A stretch of DNA of 63,699 nucleotides, filler included, from Chrysochromulina tobinii (lineage: Eukaryota): NCBI GenBank assembly GCA_001275005.1. It is 7 parts of 7 records of this genome, joined end to end, with 100 filler letters (N's around TTAATTAATTAA, not from the genome) between each part and the next. Parts side by side here need not be neighbours in the genome. Positions count along the whole stretch, not along the records: positions 1 to 15,419 come from JWZX01001281.1; 6 more parts are not named here. One strand, 5' to 3'. Below the pieces are notes generated by a model. It made no database searches and was not told the DNA's origin. It worked only from the letters and a program-made list of their open reading frames with translations. The position numbers and the translations under genes were made by a program. Position 1 is the first letter of the stretch. Every line of letters begins with the position of its first letter. Shown in pieces: positions 1 to 11,701 of this stretch.

Positions 1-421
1 ACGTGTGTAGGCTTTACTAACGACCCGCACAGACTCATTTGTCGGAAAGCGACGCGCTTGGTTTCACCCTGGCATGCAACACGTCCCGAGGTCGCCCTCA
101 GGCAGGTTCTTACCGACCGGTCGTCCTCCAACGGAGGAGCCCGATCGCACTTCCTTGCTGCACGCATTCAGCATCAGCTCTCCACGATTCTGTGTCGATC
201 TATTAATGGAGTGTATCGACCACAATCATCTAACGGCCGGGAGATCATCAGGAGATCATGCACGAGGGTCCCTGCATGAGAATACGCGACAGCACGTGCC
301 CCACACCACACTCGTGAGGGCTGTCGTAACGTGCTCGCGCGCGCGTCTCCGTCGCCACCATGGCAGTGCCGTGCGCATGCCGCCGTGCATGCCTGCGCGT
401 CCTCTGTGCCAGCGCCACTCT

Positions 422-966
422 CTACATGGACACGAAGGTGATCTCCTGCGTCTCGACCTGGCTCACGCCCTTGATGGCCTTGAGCTTGGCGACGAACTCC
501 TCCTCGAGCGGGTTGTAGTTCTGGCCAGCCCACGCGCCGTGCTCCTCGAGGGGCTGCACGATCGACACCTTGAAGTCGAGGCAGCCGCCGCACACCTGGC
601 GCGTGATCTCCGCCTTCGGCAGAGCCTTGAGCTTCGGCAGGAACTCCTTCAGGAGAGCCTGGCACTCCTTGAGCGACGCCGAGTCGCCGGGGCCGCCCGA
701 TGGGCCCGCCGTGTACTTGCAGCGCCACTCGCGCGCCACTTTGTCGAAGGCGACGCCCGTGTCGCCAATCTCCGCCATGGACACTGCGGCACGAGGCGCA
801 TACGCACATGTCGGACGGCGGCGCACGCAACGGCTGGCTTCGAGGGTGGTGTGGACATGCACGCACCTGCGCTGGCGCGAAGCGACGACTTGGCAGGCAC
901 CGCGGCGATCGAGAAGGCATTCGAGAGGCCGAGGAGGGCAGAGAACACGATAGCAACGCGCATCAT
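422..966 (-). CDS. Probable plastid-targeted small conserved algal protein with CGGC motif (exons 966-867, 783-422)
   Basis: Hydrophobic leader MMRVAIVFSALLGLSNA-FS plus Ser/Ala/Arg-rich transit-like segment. GT-AG intron 866-784 joins it in frame (G|TG) to MAEIGDTGVAFDKVAREWRCKY...RQVCGGCLDFKVSI. Confidence 0.7.
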
Positions 967-1174
967 TTTGCGCTGCGTCGGAGATCCGCAAAGGTCGGTG
1001 CTGCGCTCTTCACAGACATTGCCGTGAAAGCAAAGAGATTTGTACCGCTGGGTTCGCCGTGGTTCTCATTTTCGTTAATAAATGAATACCATCCGCAAAT
1101 TCATATTCGTACTTCCATTCACACAATGCCAACCCCCAAGCGGCCCTTGCGGTCGGGCGCGTCCGCCTGTAGCG

Positions 1175-2293
1175 ATGAGCGACACCTACTTGTCTGCCAC
1201 GGCGCAACGCGCGCGTGAGCTGGCAGGCATCGCTGCGCACTCGACTGACAGCGTCGCTGCTTCGGCGGTGCCTCCATCGCAGCTTTCACACCTCGATCGG
1301 GTCAACGCGCTCCGCGAGCGCCTCGAGGAGAAGAAGAGGGCGCAGCGCGATGCTGGGATCACGACTGGCCAACTGGTGGCGCCGCGCGAGCGAGCGCCAT
1401 CCGAGCGAGCGCCCCGTGAGCGGGCAACACCCGAGCAGGCGCCGCGCGAGCGGGCGCCACGCGAGGCGCAGCCAGCGGTCGAGCTGAGTGACACCCTGCT
1501 TGGAGAGGGTGCGACAGCGCAGGTCTGGCTGGCATATTTTGGCGATACGCGCACCGAGGTGGCCGCCAAGGTGGTGTCGAAAAAGGGGCGCGACAAGGAC
1601 CAGATCGGATGGATCCGCGAGGAGATCGCCATCCACAAGCGCCTGCGCCACCCGAACATCTGCACGCTGCACGGTAGCTTCGAGAGCTTGAGCACGATTA
1701 CGATCTGCCTCTCGCTGTGCCGCGGCGGCAGCCTGGTGGATATGATGGGCGCGGCGCTGGACGCGGGCGAGCTGTTGGCGGCCGCTCACGTGCACGGCGC
1801 CTTTGTGCAGCTGCTCAGTGCCTTGCGCTACCTCGAGAGCGTCAGCATCGTCCACCGCGACATCAAGCTTGATAACCTCGTGTGGGCGGACGCTCAGCGC
1901 ACGCGGCTGCAGCTCATCGACTTTGGGTACGCGTCGACGACAGACGTGCACAGTCAGTACTCGGGCTCAGCGCACTTCGCGGCGCCCGAGGTGCACGCAG
2001 CGGACGAGGGCGGCCCTCCATTCTCATGCCGCGCAGCCGATGTGTGGTCCGCAGGCGTGGTGCTCTTTGCGATGCTCGCGACGGCGCTTCCATTCAATGG
2101 GGCGGAGGAGACGGCCGAGGAGCGCGCGACGCTGCGACGCAAGGTGCGCAAGGGCGTGCCTGATGGCAGCTTGCCTGCGGAGAGGCCGGCCGCCGCATGC
2201 GACCTCGTCACGAGAATGCTCATCGTCGAGCCCGCAGAGCGCGCCACGCTCGCGCAAGTGCTCGCGCATGAGTGGGTGGGCAGCGTGCCGTGA
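1175..2293 (+). CDS. Ser/Thr protein kinase (CAMK/Aurora-like)
   Basis: GEGATAQV Gly-loop, VAAK, HRDIKLDN, DFG, APE, DVWSAGV; intronless. Confidence 0.9.
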   Translation: MSDTYLSATAQRARELAGIAAHSTDSVAASAVPPSQLSHLDRVNALRERLEEKKRAQRDAGITTGQLVAPRERAPSERAPRERATPEQAPRERAPREAQPAVELSDTLLGEGATAQVWLAYFGDTRTEVAAKVVSKKGRDKDQIGWIREEIAIHKRLRHPNICTLHGSFESLSTITICLSLCRGGSLVDMMGAALDAGELLAAAHVHGAFVQLLSALRYLESVSIVHRDIKLDNLVWADAQRTRLQLIDFGYASTTDVHSQYSGSAHFAAPEVHAADEGGPPFSCRAADVWSAGVVLFAMLATALPFNGAEETAEERATLRRKVRKGVPDGSLPAERPAAACDLVTRMLIVEPAERATLAQVLAHEWVGSVP

Positions 2294-2416
2294 GCGAGCT
2301 CCTCCCCTGCCCGACCCGTTCTCTGGCTGTTTACCTGTTCTTGATGTTCACCTTGGTTTTCAGATAAAATTTCACTAAATAAAGCAGCCGCGGGAGCGGT
2401 CTATCAGACTACTTGC

Positions 2417-5400
2417 TCAGACGAGGTCCACCCTCGCCGAGCTGGCCGGCATGGGCGCCGGCACCGTTCTTGCTCGCGCATAGAGCCGCAGTTCAGCCTC
2501 CTTATCGATCGTCTTCCACTGGAGCTTCTCGCGCCATGCTGAGCGTTCACAGCCGGCGGTGATGAAGGCGGGTACGGCCCAGCAGCCGAGGAAGGCGAGC
2601 ACCGCAAACAGGGCGAGCGTGACTGCGTAGGGCTCCCATCCCGGATCGTATGCAAAGGCCTTCCACAGAAAGGCAGTGCGCCCTGTCACGTCGGTGAGTG
2701 TCACGTCCGCCTTTGCCATCGAGGTAGCTCCGCGCAGCCGTGGGAGCGTCGCGGTGGCAACGGTCGCGTTGTGGATCACGAGATCGAGCGCGAGATTCTC
2801 GGCGCCCTCAGCCGTCCCAAATAAGAGGCGCACCTGCATGCAATTGAGGGGACTCTCAGCATGCAACTCAGCATGCAATTGGGGAGGCACTCAGCATGCA
2901 AATTGGGGAGGCCCTCAGCATGCAATTGGGCAAGTACTCAGCATGCAATTGGGGAGGCACTCAGCATGCAACGTGGGCCGATCCAAATGAGGCCGTGCGC
3001 ACCGGCGGCCTGAGAGCATCGAAGCGCTCCCCTCGCAGTGTCACAAGCATGCCGCCCGCCGCGGGTCCGTTGGCGGGCTCAATGCCGCGGAGGGTGGGCC
3101 AGAGCTCGTTTTGGACGTTGCACAGCTCGTCGGGCGGTGGGCATTCGATGTGTCCGGTCACGTCGTCGTTGAGGGGGGAGAGGTAGATGTTGCCGCCTGT
3201 GGGCGGGCAAGAGCGCCAGCGCCCGCCCACGCGCACCTGCATGCAGTCGGGAGGCGCTCAGCATGCAAATCAGGGAGGCACTGAGCTACCAAATTAGGGA
3301 GGTGCATGCAGTCTGGAGGCGCTCAGCATGCAATCAGCGAGGGAGGCACTAGTTTCGCAATTAGGGAGGCACTCAGCATGCAAATCAGGGAGGCACTCAG
3401 CATGCAAACTAGGGAGGCACTCGGCTCCCAAATTAGGGAGGCACTCGGTATGCAAACCCGCCCCTGATAGCCCCTGACGCACCTCGAGCACCGTCGCGTT
3501 GAGACAGCGCATCCGAAAACAAGAGGGGGCGGCGCGGTACGAGTTCGTGGTCGATTCGAAGCAGCGGCAGTGTTCACAGCGCTCCTGCCCTCCCTGAGGC
3601 ATCCATGAAGAGGCAAAGCCACTCTCGTCCGTGCAGTCGCCATTCGAATACGAGCGATACACGGGGCAGTAGTCGAGCAAACTGGACGAGCCGCCGCGGT
3701 ACCTGATGAGGGGTGCAATCAGTTGCAATCAGACGCAATCAGGGAGGGTGGGAAGGTACCCACAGGCACTCCGACGCAATCAAGAGCGCTCCGAGGCAAT
3801 CACAGGCAATCACAGGCACTCGGAGACCATCACACTCAGTGGTTTCATCCGGCATGCACTGAGTGGTTTCATCGGCATGCACTCAGTGGTTTCATCGGCA
3901 TGCGTACGGGTCCTCAAAGTACTGATGTTCGGCCGGGAGAGGCCGTTGGAAGGAGGTGATGTCGCAATACGCCATGCCGCGTCGGTCATAGGAGCAGTGA
4001 GCTTCACGCTCGCGTGTGCAGGTATAGCGCGGCTGCGTCCACTCGGAGCAAGGCTGATCCAGAAAGTCGCAGCCGGCGTGATGGCCCCACGCGAGAGGCT
4101 CGATTTTGGTCTCGTTCACCTGATGAGGGAGGCAATCAACTGATGAGGGGGGCAATCAATGATGGCCCCACGTGAGAGGCTCGATTTTGGTCTCGTTCAC
4201 CTCGTACCAGCCGCTATCTGCAAAGAGGGCCGCGCTGATGGCCGAAAAGGTTCGTCGACCCGGTGACGAAGCTCCGACCTGATGAGGGAGGCAATCAACT
4301 GATGAGGGGCGCACTCCAACCTGATAAGGCAGGTGATTCGATCCGGTGACGAAACTCCCACCATGTATTCGTCGCGTAGGGTGCGCATCTCCCAGTGCGA
4401 ACGCGCCGTACCAGCGCCCCCGCCGTCCTCGAGCAGAGCTCCAGTGACGCTCTCGCACCCATAGTGCTGGCGCGCGGCGCGCACGACCCGTGGCGTGCTG
4501 ATCTGTGCGCGCAGCTTGCCGGTGGCCTTATCAGGCAAGTAAGCGATGCCCGTCCCGAAAAAGTCAGCTTCGTACGCGCCTGGGCCAGGATCCCGCCGGT
4601 CTGTGGGGAAGTAAGAGAGAAGCTCCGGTGTGAACACGAGCGCATGCGTGAGCTCGTGCATCGCGATGCGCGTGTAGTACCTGATGAGGGAGGCAATCAG
4701 TGCCCATCAGTGGTCATCAGAGATCATCAAGAGGTCATCGAAGGTCATCGGAGGTCATCAGTGCGAGAGCTTGCACGCGTAGTACTCGCTCAAATAGGGC
4801 GAAGGGCTCTCCGTGACAATGCGCGGCAATCAGCGGCACTCAGTGGCACTCAGTACTCGATCATAAAGGGCGAAGAGGTCTCCGCCAGCTGTGAAGGCGC
4901 CCAGTTGAATTGCGACGCGGTAGGCCGCCCCGTCTGGTCTTGTTCACAGTGACCGGCGAACGCAACGGTCTCGTACGAGTTGATCGGGCGCATCGTCAGA
5001 AAGACGACGAGATCGGTGTCGGGCACGCCGTGGTCGCGCATCCACTGCGGCACCGTGACGCCGTTGTCAAAGCCGCAGGTGGACGAACGAATGCGGAGCG
5101 GCCCATGGACGTGGCGAACGCTGAGCAGCTCGCTGAAGAACCGGCCCACGCCGGGAAGCAGCGTCTCCGTGAGCAGCCGCCGCTTAGACTCGGTGATCAC
5201 GTCATTCCAGCCGCATGGGGTCTTCTTGCCGGTCTCGTCTTTGAACTCTCCACCCCACGAGAAACATGAGAATCCTGGATCGTCCACGAGCCTGGACACG
5301 TCAAAGTGGATTCGCAGCGGCTTGCGCACCGCGCTCGGCGGCTCGTACTCGGGGTACTGCTGCTCGACGGCTGCGGCGGCGCTGCCACCCCTCAATGTGT

Positions 5401-5536
5401 CCGGCAAAAGCTGCAGGATTCGGCCATGCCACGGGTCGTCACCGTAGGCTTGCGGCGTCATGAGCACAGGTGCAGCCCGCCGCTCGTGCAGCTCGCCGTG
5501 CACACAACGATGCGTGTGCTCGTGCGGCGCGGACAT
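2417..5536 (-). CDS. Leishmanolysin/GP63 (peptidase M8) with C-terminal IPT-like segment and TM helix; 7 exons (5536-4857, 4680-4362, 4278-4201, 4119-3908, 3702-3483, 3236-3003, 2833-2417), about 719 aa
   Basis: HRCVH cysteine-switch propeptide, HELTHAL (HExxH), SHWE and EYM Met-turn, DSGWY, LDYCP. All six GT-AG introns keep the frame. The start codon is uncertain because no clear signal peptide is seen. Confidence 0.88.
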
Positions 5537-5827
5537 GTTGGCTGACGGCAGTCCTTCCACGAGAGCTCCTTCGGCCGTGCGGGTCGGGTCCTCGCGAGCG
5601 TGAACATGCCACCAAGGTCGTCGCGGGCCGTGCGGCCTGTGAATGTGAAGTCGAAATGTGAAGTGTACAGTACGGGTAAACTTTTCTATCATACTTTTGA
5701 ATGGGTCATCAGCCTGAGGACTTGGGTTCATCACACCAACCAACACCGTGTGCATGAAACGACACGCCACATGGTGAATACGCCGCACGTCGCGGTGGCT
5801 CGAGTGACTCCTTCCGTCGGTCGCGAC

Positions 5828-7291
5828 ATGGCACGCACATGGGACGGCAGCGACCAAAGGAAGAGATCAGACGCAAAGGATTTGCCATCTCGTCGGCGGC
5901 TAGACTTCGAACTTGACGATGATGTGGGCCCAGCTCCGACGACGCCAATTAGCAACACGGGCAGTGGCGCTGCTGCGTTCACCGGAGGCGAGTACGATGA
6001 TGCAAGCCGCCGGAGGATTGCGCGCGCACGTCGTTGTGTGGCGGTGCAAACGAGCAACGCGAGCAGTCGGCAATTCACCAACCGTGCAGATCTGCTTCGA
6101 GCGCTTGATGTCTTCGTCGAGAGTCAATTTGAAGCTCAGCAAGCGGATGTCCCTCTCGAGCGTGCCGAGGTGCTCGAGATGAAGGCTGTGGACCACAAAG
6201 ACATGCTTGATTCACGCAAGTTGAGCACTGATGGCAACAAGAAGGATCTGCAGCGTCGCTTGCTGGAGAACCTCGATGCGATGGGGCAGGAAATCGAGTG
6301 CTTGCCGTGGGTGCGTGTGCGTGAATCGGGGTGTGCTTCCGTCGGTCGCGACGCGGTTCGCACAGAGGGTGACAGCACACACGAGCATCGATGTGAGCAG
6401 TCCGGCTCAAAGGAGCTTCCGTGTCCTCGGAGGCTAGCCTTCGATCTCGACGATGTGGACCCAGCTTCCAGGCAAACGAGCACCACGTGCCGCGGCGCTG
6501 GATTCACCGATCGCGTGGATCAACTCCATGGCCGCCGCTCATTCGCGGGCACTGATCTAGTCCACTCCCCCGATTTTGTCGCCTTTCGTGTCCGAGGTCT
6601 GCTCTCCAAAGGCGAGGAAAGGCGAGGACACCGAATGATGCAACACGCTCGACAAACGCTCGCCAACCGTTTGCTCGCCAACGAAGCGCTTTCTTTATCC
6701 GCTCAGAAGTTACTTTCTTCTGAGCTTCAATCTCTTGTTCTGGACAAAGACTACGAGCGTGCAGCTCAAGTCTCTGCTGAACCCAGCGTGGCGCTGTTGG
6801 AGAGATCAATGCCGTCGGCCATCTCTGGCAAGGAGGATGAGGACGACCCCACGCCATCGCCGCTGTGCGCCACGGGAAGGACGCGTGCAGACATGCTCGC
6901 GGGGCCAGCTCTGCCACCTCCACGGCGCCTAGCGTCCGCGTTCGAGGCCACCATACGAGCTGTCGCACATCAGCGAAGCTTTGGGTTTGTACCAGACGAG
7001 CTCGCATGGACGCCTCGCTCTCTGCCCCGCACAACGCCATCGGCCTCCGTCCCGGACGATCCGTTGCTGGCTGAGGTTGATGCCTTCCTATTTCAGCATC
7101 GATCGGGCCTGTCGCCCCGCTACCTGCATGCGCATCGTTCGAGTACGAGTACACCGTCACGTGGAGAACGCCACGCGAGATCACCTGCAGTGTCGCCTGT
7201 GGAGCAGGGCGACGACGATCGCGGTATGAGTGCGAGCCGCAGACTCCACCAACCCTCGCCTAAGTGTGACTGGGAGTGTGACTGGGACTGA
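5828..7291 (+). CDS. SAP-domain protein with UVR-like motif
   Basis: MKAVDHKDMLDSRKLSTDGNKKDLQRRLLE matches the SAP pattern. ELQSLVLDKDYERAAQV resembles a UVR motif. Start is uncertain, and the gene may continue into ORF 7230-7802. Confidence 0.55.
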   Translation: MARTWDGSDQRKRSDAKDLPSRRRLDFELDDDVGPAPTTPISNTGSGAAAFTGGEYDDASRRRIARARRCVAVQTSNASSRQFTNRADLLRALDVFVESQFEAQQADVPLERAEVLEMKAVDHKDMLDSRKLSTDGNKKDLQRRLLENLDAMGQEIECLPWVRVRESGCASVGRDAVRTEGDSTHEHRCEQSGSKELPCPRRLAFDLDDVDPASRQTSTTCRGAGFTDRVDQLHGRRSFAGTDLVHSPDFVAFRVRGLLSKGEERRGHRMMQHARQTLANRLLANEALSLSAQKLLSSELQSLVLDKDYERAAQVSAEPSVALLERSMPSAISGKEDEDDPTPSPLCATGRTRADMLAGPALPPPRRLASAFEATIRAVAHQRSFGFVPDELAWTPRSLPRTTPSASVPDDPLLAEVDAFLFQHRSGLSPRYLHAHRSSTSTPSRGERHARSPAVSPVEQGDDDRGMSASRRLHQPSPKCDWECDWD

Positions 7292-7802
7292 CCGCTGCAC
7301 TAAAGCCCGCACGAAAATTTCAAGGCGCCGTCTTGAGCGTCGTCGTGAAATGGTGCGCGTCGCGAAAACGGACGACGCCGACACTCTCAGCGACGCGCAA
7401 TCGCCGACGGTCCTACGCACCGCAACCGCTGCGCAGCCCTGTCCATCGGCGGATGCTGAGCCGCGATGGCCGAGTAGCGAGCAAGGCGTTGCCGAAGCGT
7501 TCCTCACCAACTGCGCGGGCGGCGCAGCTTGCTTCGACGTGGATTTCTCCATGGTCGCGGAAGGCTCGGTAACCGAGGAGCTGACGGCAGCGTTCGTTGC
7601 CATGAAGCGCAGCATGGCGCTTGCAGATAAAGCTAGCTGGGCTGTGGCATCGACCGACAGCGGCACAGCGACCGTTGTGGCGTCGCTGACCAGTATCAGC
7701 AACGTGGACAAGCAGGAGTATGTTCTCTCCATCGATGTGACATCGCTGCGACCGATCACGGCGATTGCTGTGCGAGAGCTCAAGAGCTCGTCCCTTTCAT
7801 GA
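7230..7802 (+). CDS. Hypothetical protein, possibly the C-terminal part of the SAP gene
   Basis: 190-aa ORF with globular-looking C-terminus, followed by an AT-richer 3' region; overlaps the end of the upstream ORF in another frame. Confidence 0.35.
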   Translation: MRAADSTNPRLSVTGSVTGTDRCTKARTKISRRRLERRREMVRVAKTDDADTLSDAQSPTVLRTATAAQPCPSADAEPRWPSSEQGVAEAFLTNCAGGAACFDVDFSMVAEGSVTEELTAAFVAMKRSMALADKASWAVASTDSGTATVVASLTSISNVDKQEYVLSIDVTSLRPITAIAVRELKSSSLS

Positions 7803-8232
7803 GTTATCGTTTGAACTAAAGATTTCTCTTGAACTCTCTTTCTCTCTTTTAAGAGTTTTGGTGTTTACGCCTGCGGCTCTTACGCCCGGCCCATCGGTCG
7901 CGCGTGACTGGGAACGGTGTCGCGCCGGTGGCGGCGGCCGGTAGGGCGGGCCGCGGGCTCGCCTCTCGGCATCTATGGCCTCTGCACTGGGTCTGGCCCT
8001 GGCCGGTACTGGCCTCGACTTCCTCGGTCTGAGGCGAGGCGCGGCTGGGCTATCGCATTAAGATTGTCTCGCCGAGCGATCTGACGAACTTCAGACGATC
8101 AAGTCGGGCGCAGCCGCCGCGGGTACCGGTACGCGACGCGCCGCACCGCCGTCCTCGCGCGGTCGAAGGTCGGCAGGCTCGGCACGTAGCGCGGCATGCG
8201 TGGGCGCCGTAGCGAGCGCCCGCGACGGCGCC

Positions 8233-9359
8233 TCAGCTGGCCGTAGGTCGGAGTGCTTGGGCGTCGTCGCGAGCGGTAGCGCCGTCGCGAGCGTTAGCGT
8301 CGTCGTGAGTGGTAGCGTCGTCGTGAGCGGTAGCGTCGTCGCGAGCGGTAGCGCCGTCGCGAGCGTTAGCGTCGTCGTGAGCGGTAGCGGCGGCAACGTC
8401 CCAAGCAACTGAGGCGCCGTCGCGGGCGTCGCCTCGCCCATAGGCGCGCTGGTGCTGCTGACGCTGCTGATGGCACGGCTCATTTGCTCGCCTCCCGCCT
8501 GCGCAATCGCCCCACTGTACGCGGCGGCGGTCCGCCCGACTCGGCGCCCGACACGTGGAAGCGGCGGTGTGCTCGCCACGGCGCTCGCCGCGCCAACGGC
8601 CCACGGGGCCGCGCCCGTATTGGGCGCTCGTGCCGGCGCCGGTGCCACCGCGAAGCAGGCGGTCGGACGCGCTGGGCGAGGGAGGCGCCCAGTACGGCGC
8701 GCCCACGGCCGCCGCCGCCGCCGAGCATTGCGCCGTGCCGAGCGCGCGCTTATGAGCGCCCGGTACGGCGCCGCGCAAGCACCGGCAGCAGCTGGCGGGG
8801 CAACGTCGGCGCGCGTAGAGCAGCACGAGCGCCGTCGCGAGCAGCAGGTTCGTCAGGATCGAGATGATCGCCCAGTGCTCGATCGTCCACTGCCCCTCTG
8901 CGATGGCGAGGCCGGGCAGCCCGGGCAGCAACCGCGCTTGCCGCCGGCCCACGCGACTGCCCATCTCGGCGCCCATGCGGCTGCCGACGCCGGCGCCACC
9001 GCCGCCCGCACCGCCGCTCGCACCGCCGTCGCCACCGCCTCGGCCGACGAACGCAAACGCACTCCCCAGCAGGCTGCCCATCTCGGCGCGCCCCAGCAGG
9101 CTGCCGCTGCCTCCGCCTCCGCCTCCGCCTCCGCTGCCTCCTCGAGCGCTGCCTCGAGCGCTGCCTCCGACCTGGCGTGCCGGCTGGCGTGAATGTGAAC
9201 GTGCCGGCTTGGCCGCGTGTAGGTAGGGATGGCAGAGCTTGCATGAGCGCGGGCACTGCCGTCGCATACCATGCGGATCTCGCCAGCACTCTCCCCCAGC
9301 CGCGCGCACGGAGCAACGGACATCGAGGTCTTCACACCCAGCGGTGGCCACCACCGACC

Positions 9360-9410
<51 letters not shown>

Positions 9411-9797
9411 AGCTGCGTCGCCTTCCGACGCCACCGCCGCCGTTACGCCCGCTAACCAGCGTGGGCGCCGTCCCGGGCACTCGCCCGCGCCCTCCGTGGG
9501 CGCCGTCATGGGCACCTGTCGGCCGCCCGCCGCCGCACACGCCGCAGGCGAGGGCGCAGTTTGCACGCATCGCGAGCGGATTGCGCTCGCACTCACCGAG
9601 GCTGGCCCAGCCTTCGCAGTCAGGTTGCAGGTTGCGACACGGGCCAGGGTGGTGGACGGTGCCGCCGCCGACGCCTCCATCGGCTACCCCGGCGCCTGCG
9701 TTATGCGTGCCATGGGCATGAGGACTGTTGCTGCTGCCGCTGCTACTGCTGCTGCTGCTGCTGCCGCCGCCGCCAATGCCGCCAATGCCGCCGCCGC

Positions 9798-9842
<45 letters not shown>

Positions 9843-11489
9843 GCTGACGGGTGTGGCTGGTGCGGTCAACCATTACCGCGCCCAATACGGCGCCCTGCTC
9901 ACTTCGGAGTACATCCTTATGAGGCAAGTCCCTCTTCGCAGCCGCGGCCGCCTCCGCCTCCGCCTCCGCGAGGAACGCCTCCCCAAGCTGATCCGTATGA
10001 GGCAAGTCCTTCAAAGCGCCCAATACGGCGCCCTCAGCCTCCGCAAGGAACGCCTCCCCAAGCAGGCTCATCTCCTCTTCGGCCTCCTCCGCATGAGGCA
10101 AGGCGCCCAATACGGCGCCAGCCTCCCCAAGCAGGCTCATCTCCTCTTCGGTCTCCTCCGCCGCCTCCTCTCCCTCGGCCTGCACGCCCAGCCGAGCGAC
10201 AGCCGCATCCGCCGCCGCCAGCTCTGCACCATCGACCGCCGCGCCAGCCGTCGACGCCGCTTCGCTGTCGCCGTACGCCGCCATCGCGCCGCCGAAGCCG
10301 CCGCCGCCGCCGCCGCACCAGCCGCAGCTCCTGGGGCACGCTACCGGCACGCGTCCGTCTCTCGTGCACTCACCTGATGAGGGAGGCAATCAGCATGCCA
10401 TCAGCATGCAATCACTGGCACGCGTAGCGACCGTCTCTCGTGCACTCACCCGCAGCCGCCCAGTCCGCACATTCCCGACGCGAGTCGAGGCAGAGGAGAG
10501 CAGCCACCGCCGTCGCCTCCACGCCATCGCCCCAATGCGGGCGGTTCACCTGATGAGGGACGTAATCCGAGGCACTCAAGAGGCGTGATCATCGCCCCAA
10601 TGCGGGCGGGCCTCACCACGGCGCTCACCTCGGCGCCATCGACACAAACCCCACAGCTCAGAGGGCAGATGCGCTCCATCACCTGCGGGCTACGCGCGCA
10701 CTCGCCCACCTCGGCCCATCCGACGCAATGGGGGTTGAAGTCGATGCACGGTGCACCGACAGCGCCGACCGCGCCCGCGACAGCGCCCGCGCCAACAGCG
10801 GCTTCTGCTATAGCGGCTCCTGCTTCTGCTATAGCTGCTGCTGCTACAGCTGCTGCTGCTACAGCTGCTCCTGCTGCTGCTGCTGCGCCGTCGCACAGCC
10901 CACACGAGCGCATGCACGCGCGCCGCATCTGCGCCGCCGCCCTCGTGCACTCGCCTCGGGCCGCCCACTCCTTGCACTGCTTGTGTCGATCGACGCAGTC
11001 CGCGCCGTCGTCCTCCGAGTGCTGCTGCGGCTGCTGTTGCTGCTGCTGCTGCTGCGGCGGCTGCTGCTGCTGTGGCTGCTGCTGCGGCTGCTGCGGCTGC
11101 TGCTGCTGTGGCTTTGCGTAGGTGCCCACTCCTGCCGAGCTGGCCAGCTGCTTCGCGCGCGCTTCCTTGGCGTGCTCTGCCTCGATGCACCGGTCGCAAG
11201 CGAGGGGGCATGCCTCGAGCATCGCCTGCGGGCTGCGCTTGCAGAGTCCCAAGCGCCTCCAGTGCAGGCACTCGCTGCGCCGGTCGCGGCAGCGCCCGAC
11301 CTCGCCATTTGGACTGCAGAAACGGCAGCTGCGTGGGCACGTCTCCCGCATGACCGCTGCGTTGCTGTCGCACTCGTTGAGCTCCGCCCAGCCAGCGCAC
11401 TGCTGGCTGGAGTCCTCACACGCGGCGGCGCAGCCGCGCACGAAGGCGAGGAGGGTCGCGGCGCGCACGGTGGCTAGCTTCGTCGGCAT
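8233..11489 (-). CDS. Type I membrane protein with 7 ShK (ShKT) domains and low-complexity linkers (exons 11489-10629 or 11489-10617, 10549-10450, 10373-8233)
   Basis: Signal peptide, then seven C-x6-C..W...GEC...M...CPxSCxxC units, one of them split by intron 10449-10374. Poly-Q/A/G linkers and TM helix WAIISILTNLLLATALVLLYA. Confidence 0.85.
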
Positions 11490-11701
11490 AAGCCAAAGGC
11501 TGCAACAGCCTTCGCACGCTTCGGAAGCACATCGCCATCCGTCCGGTGCAAGTCTGTGCATGTCAAGTCAAGACGAGTCGAGTCACGTCGCTCTTGATAT
11601 CGCGTCGCTGACACCGGCGAATGCGGTGAGCGTGTGAGTCCTTCCCCTCCGGCACCTCTCTTCACACAGCCAAGTAGATTTCAGAACCCCACGACTGGTT
11701 G

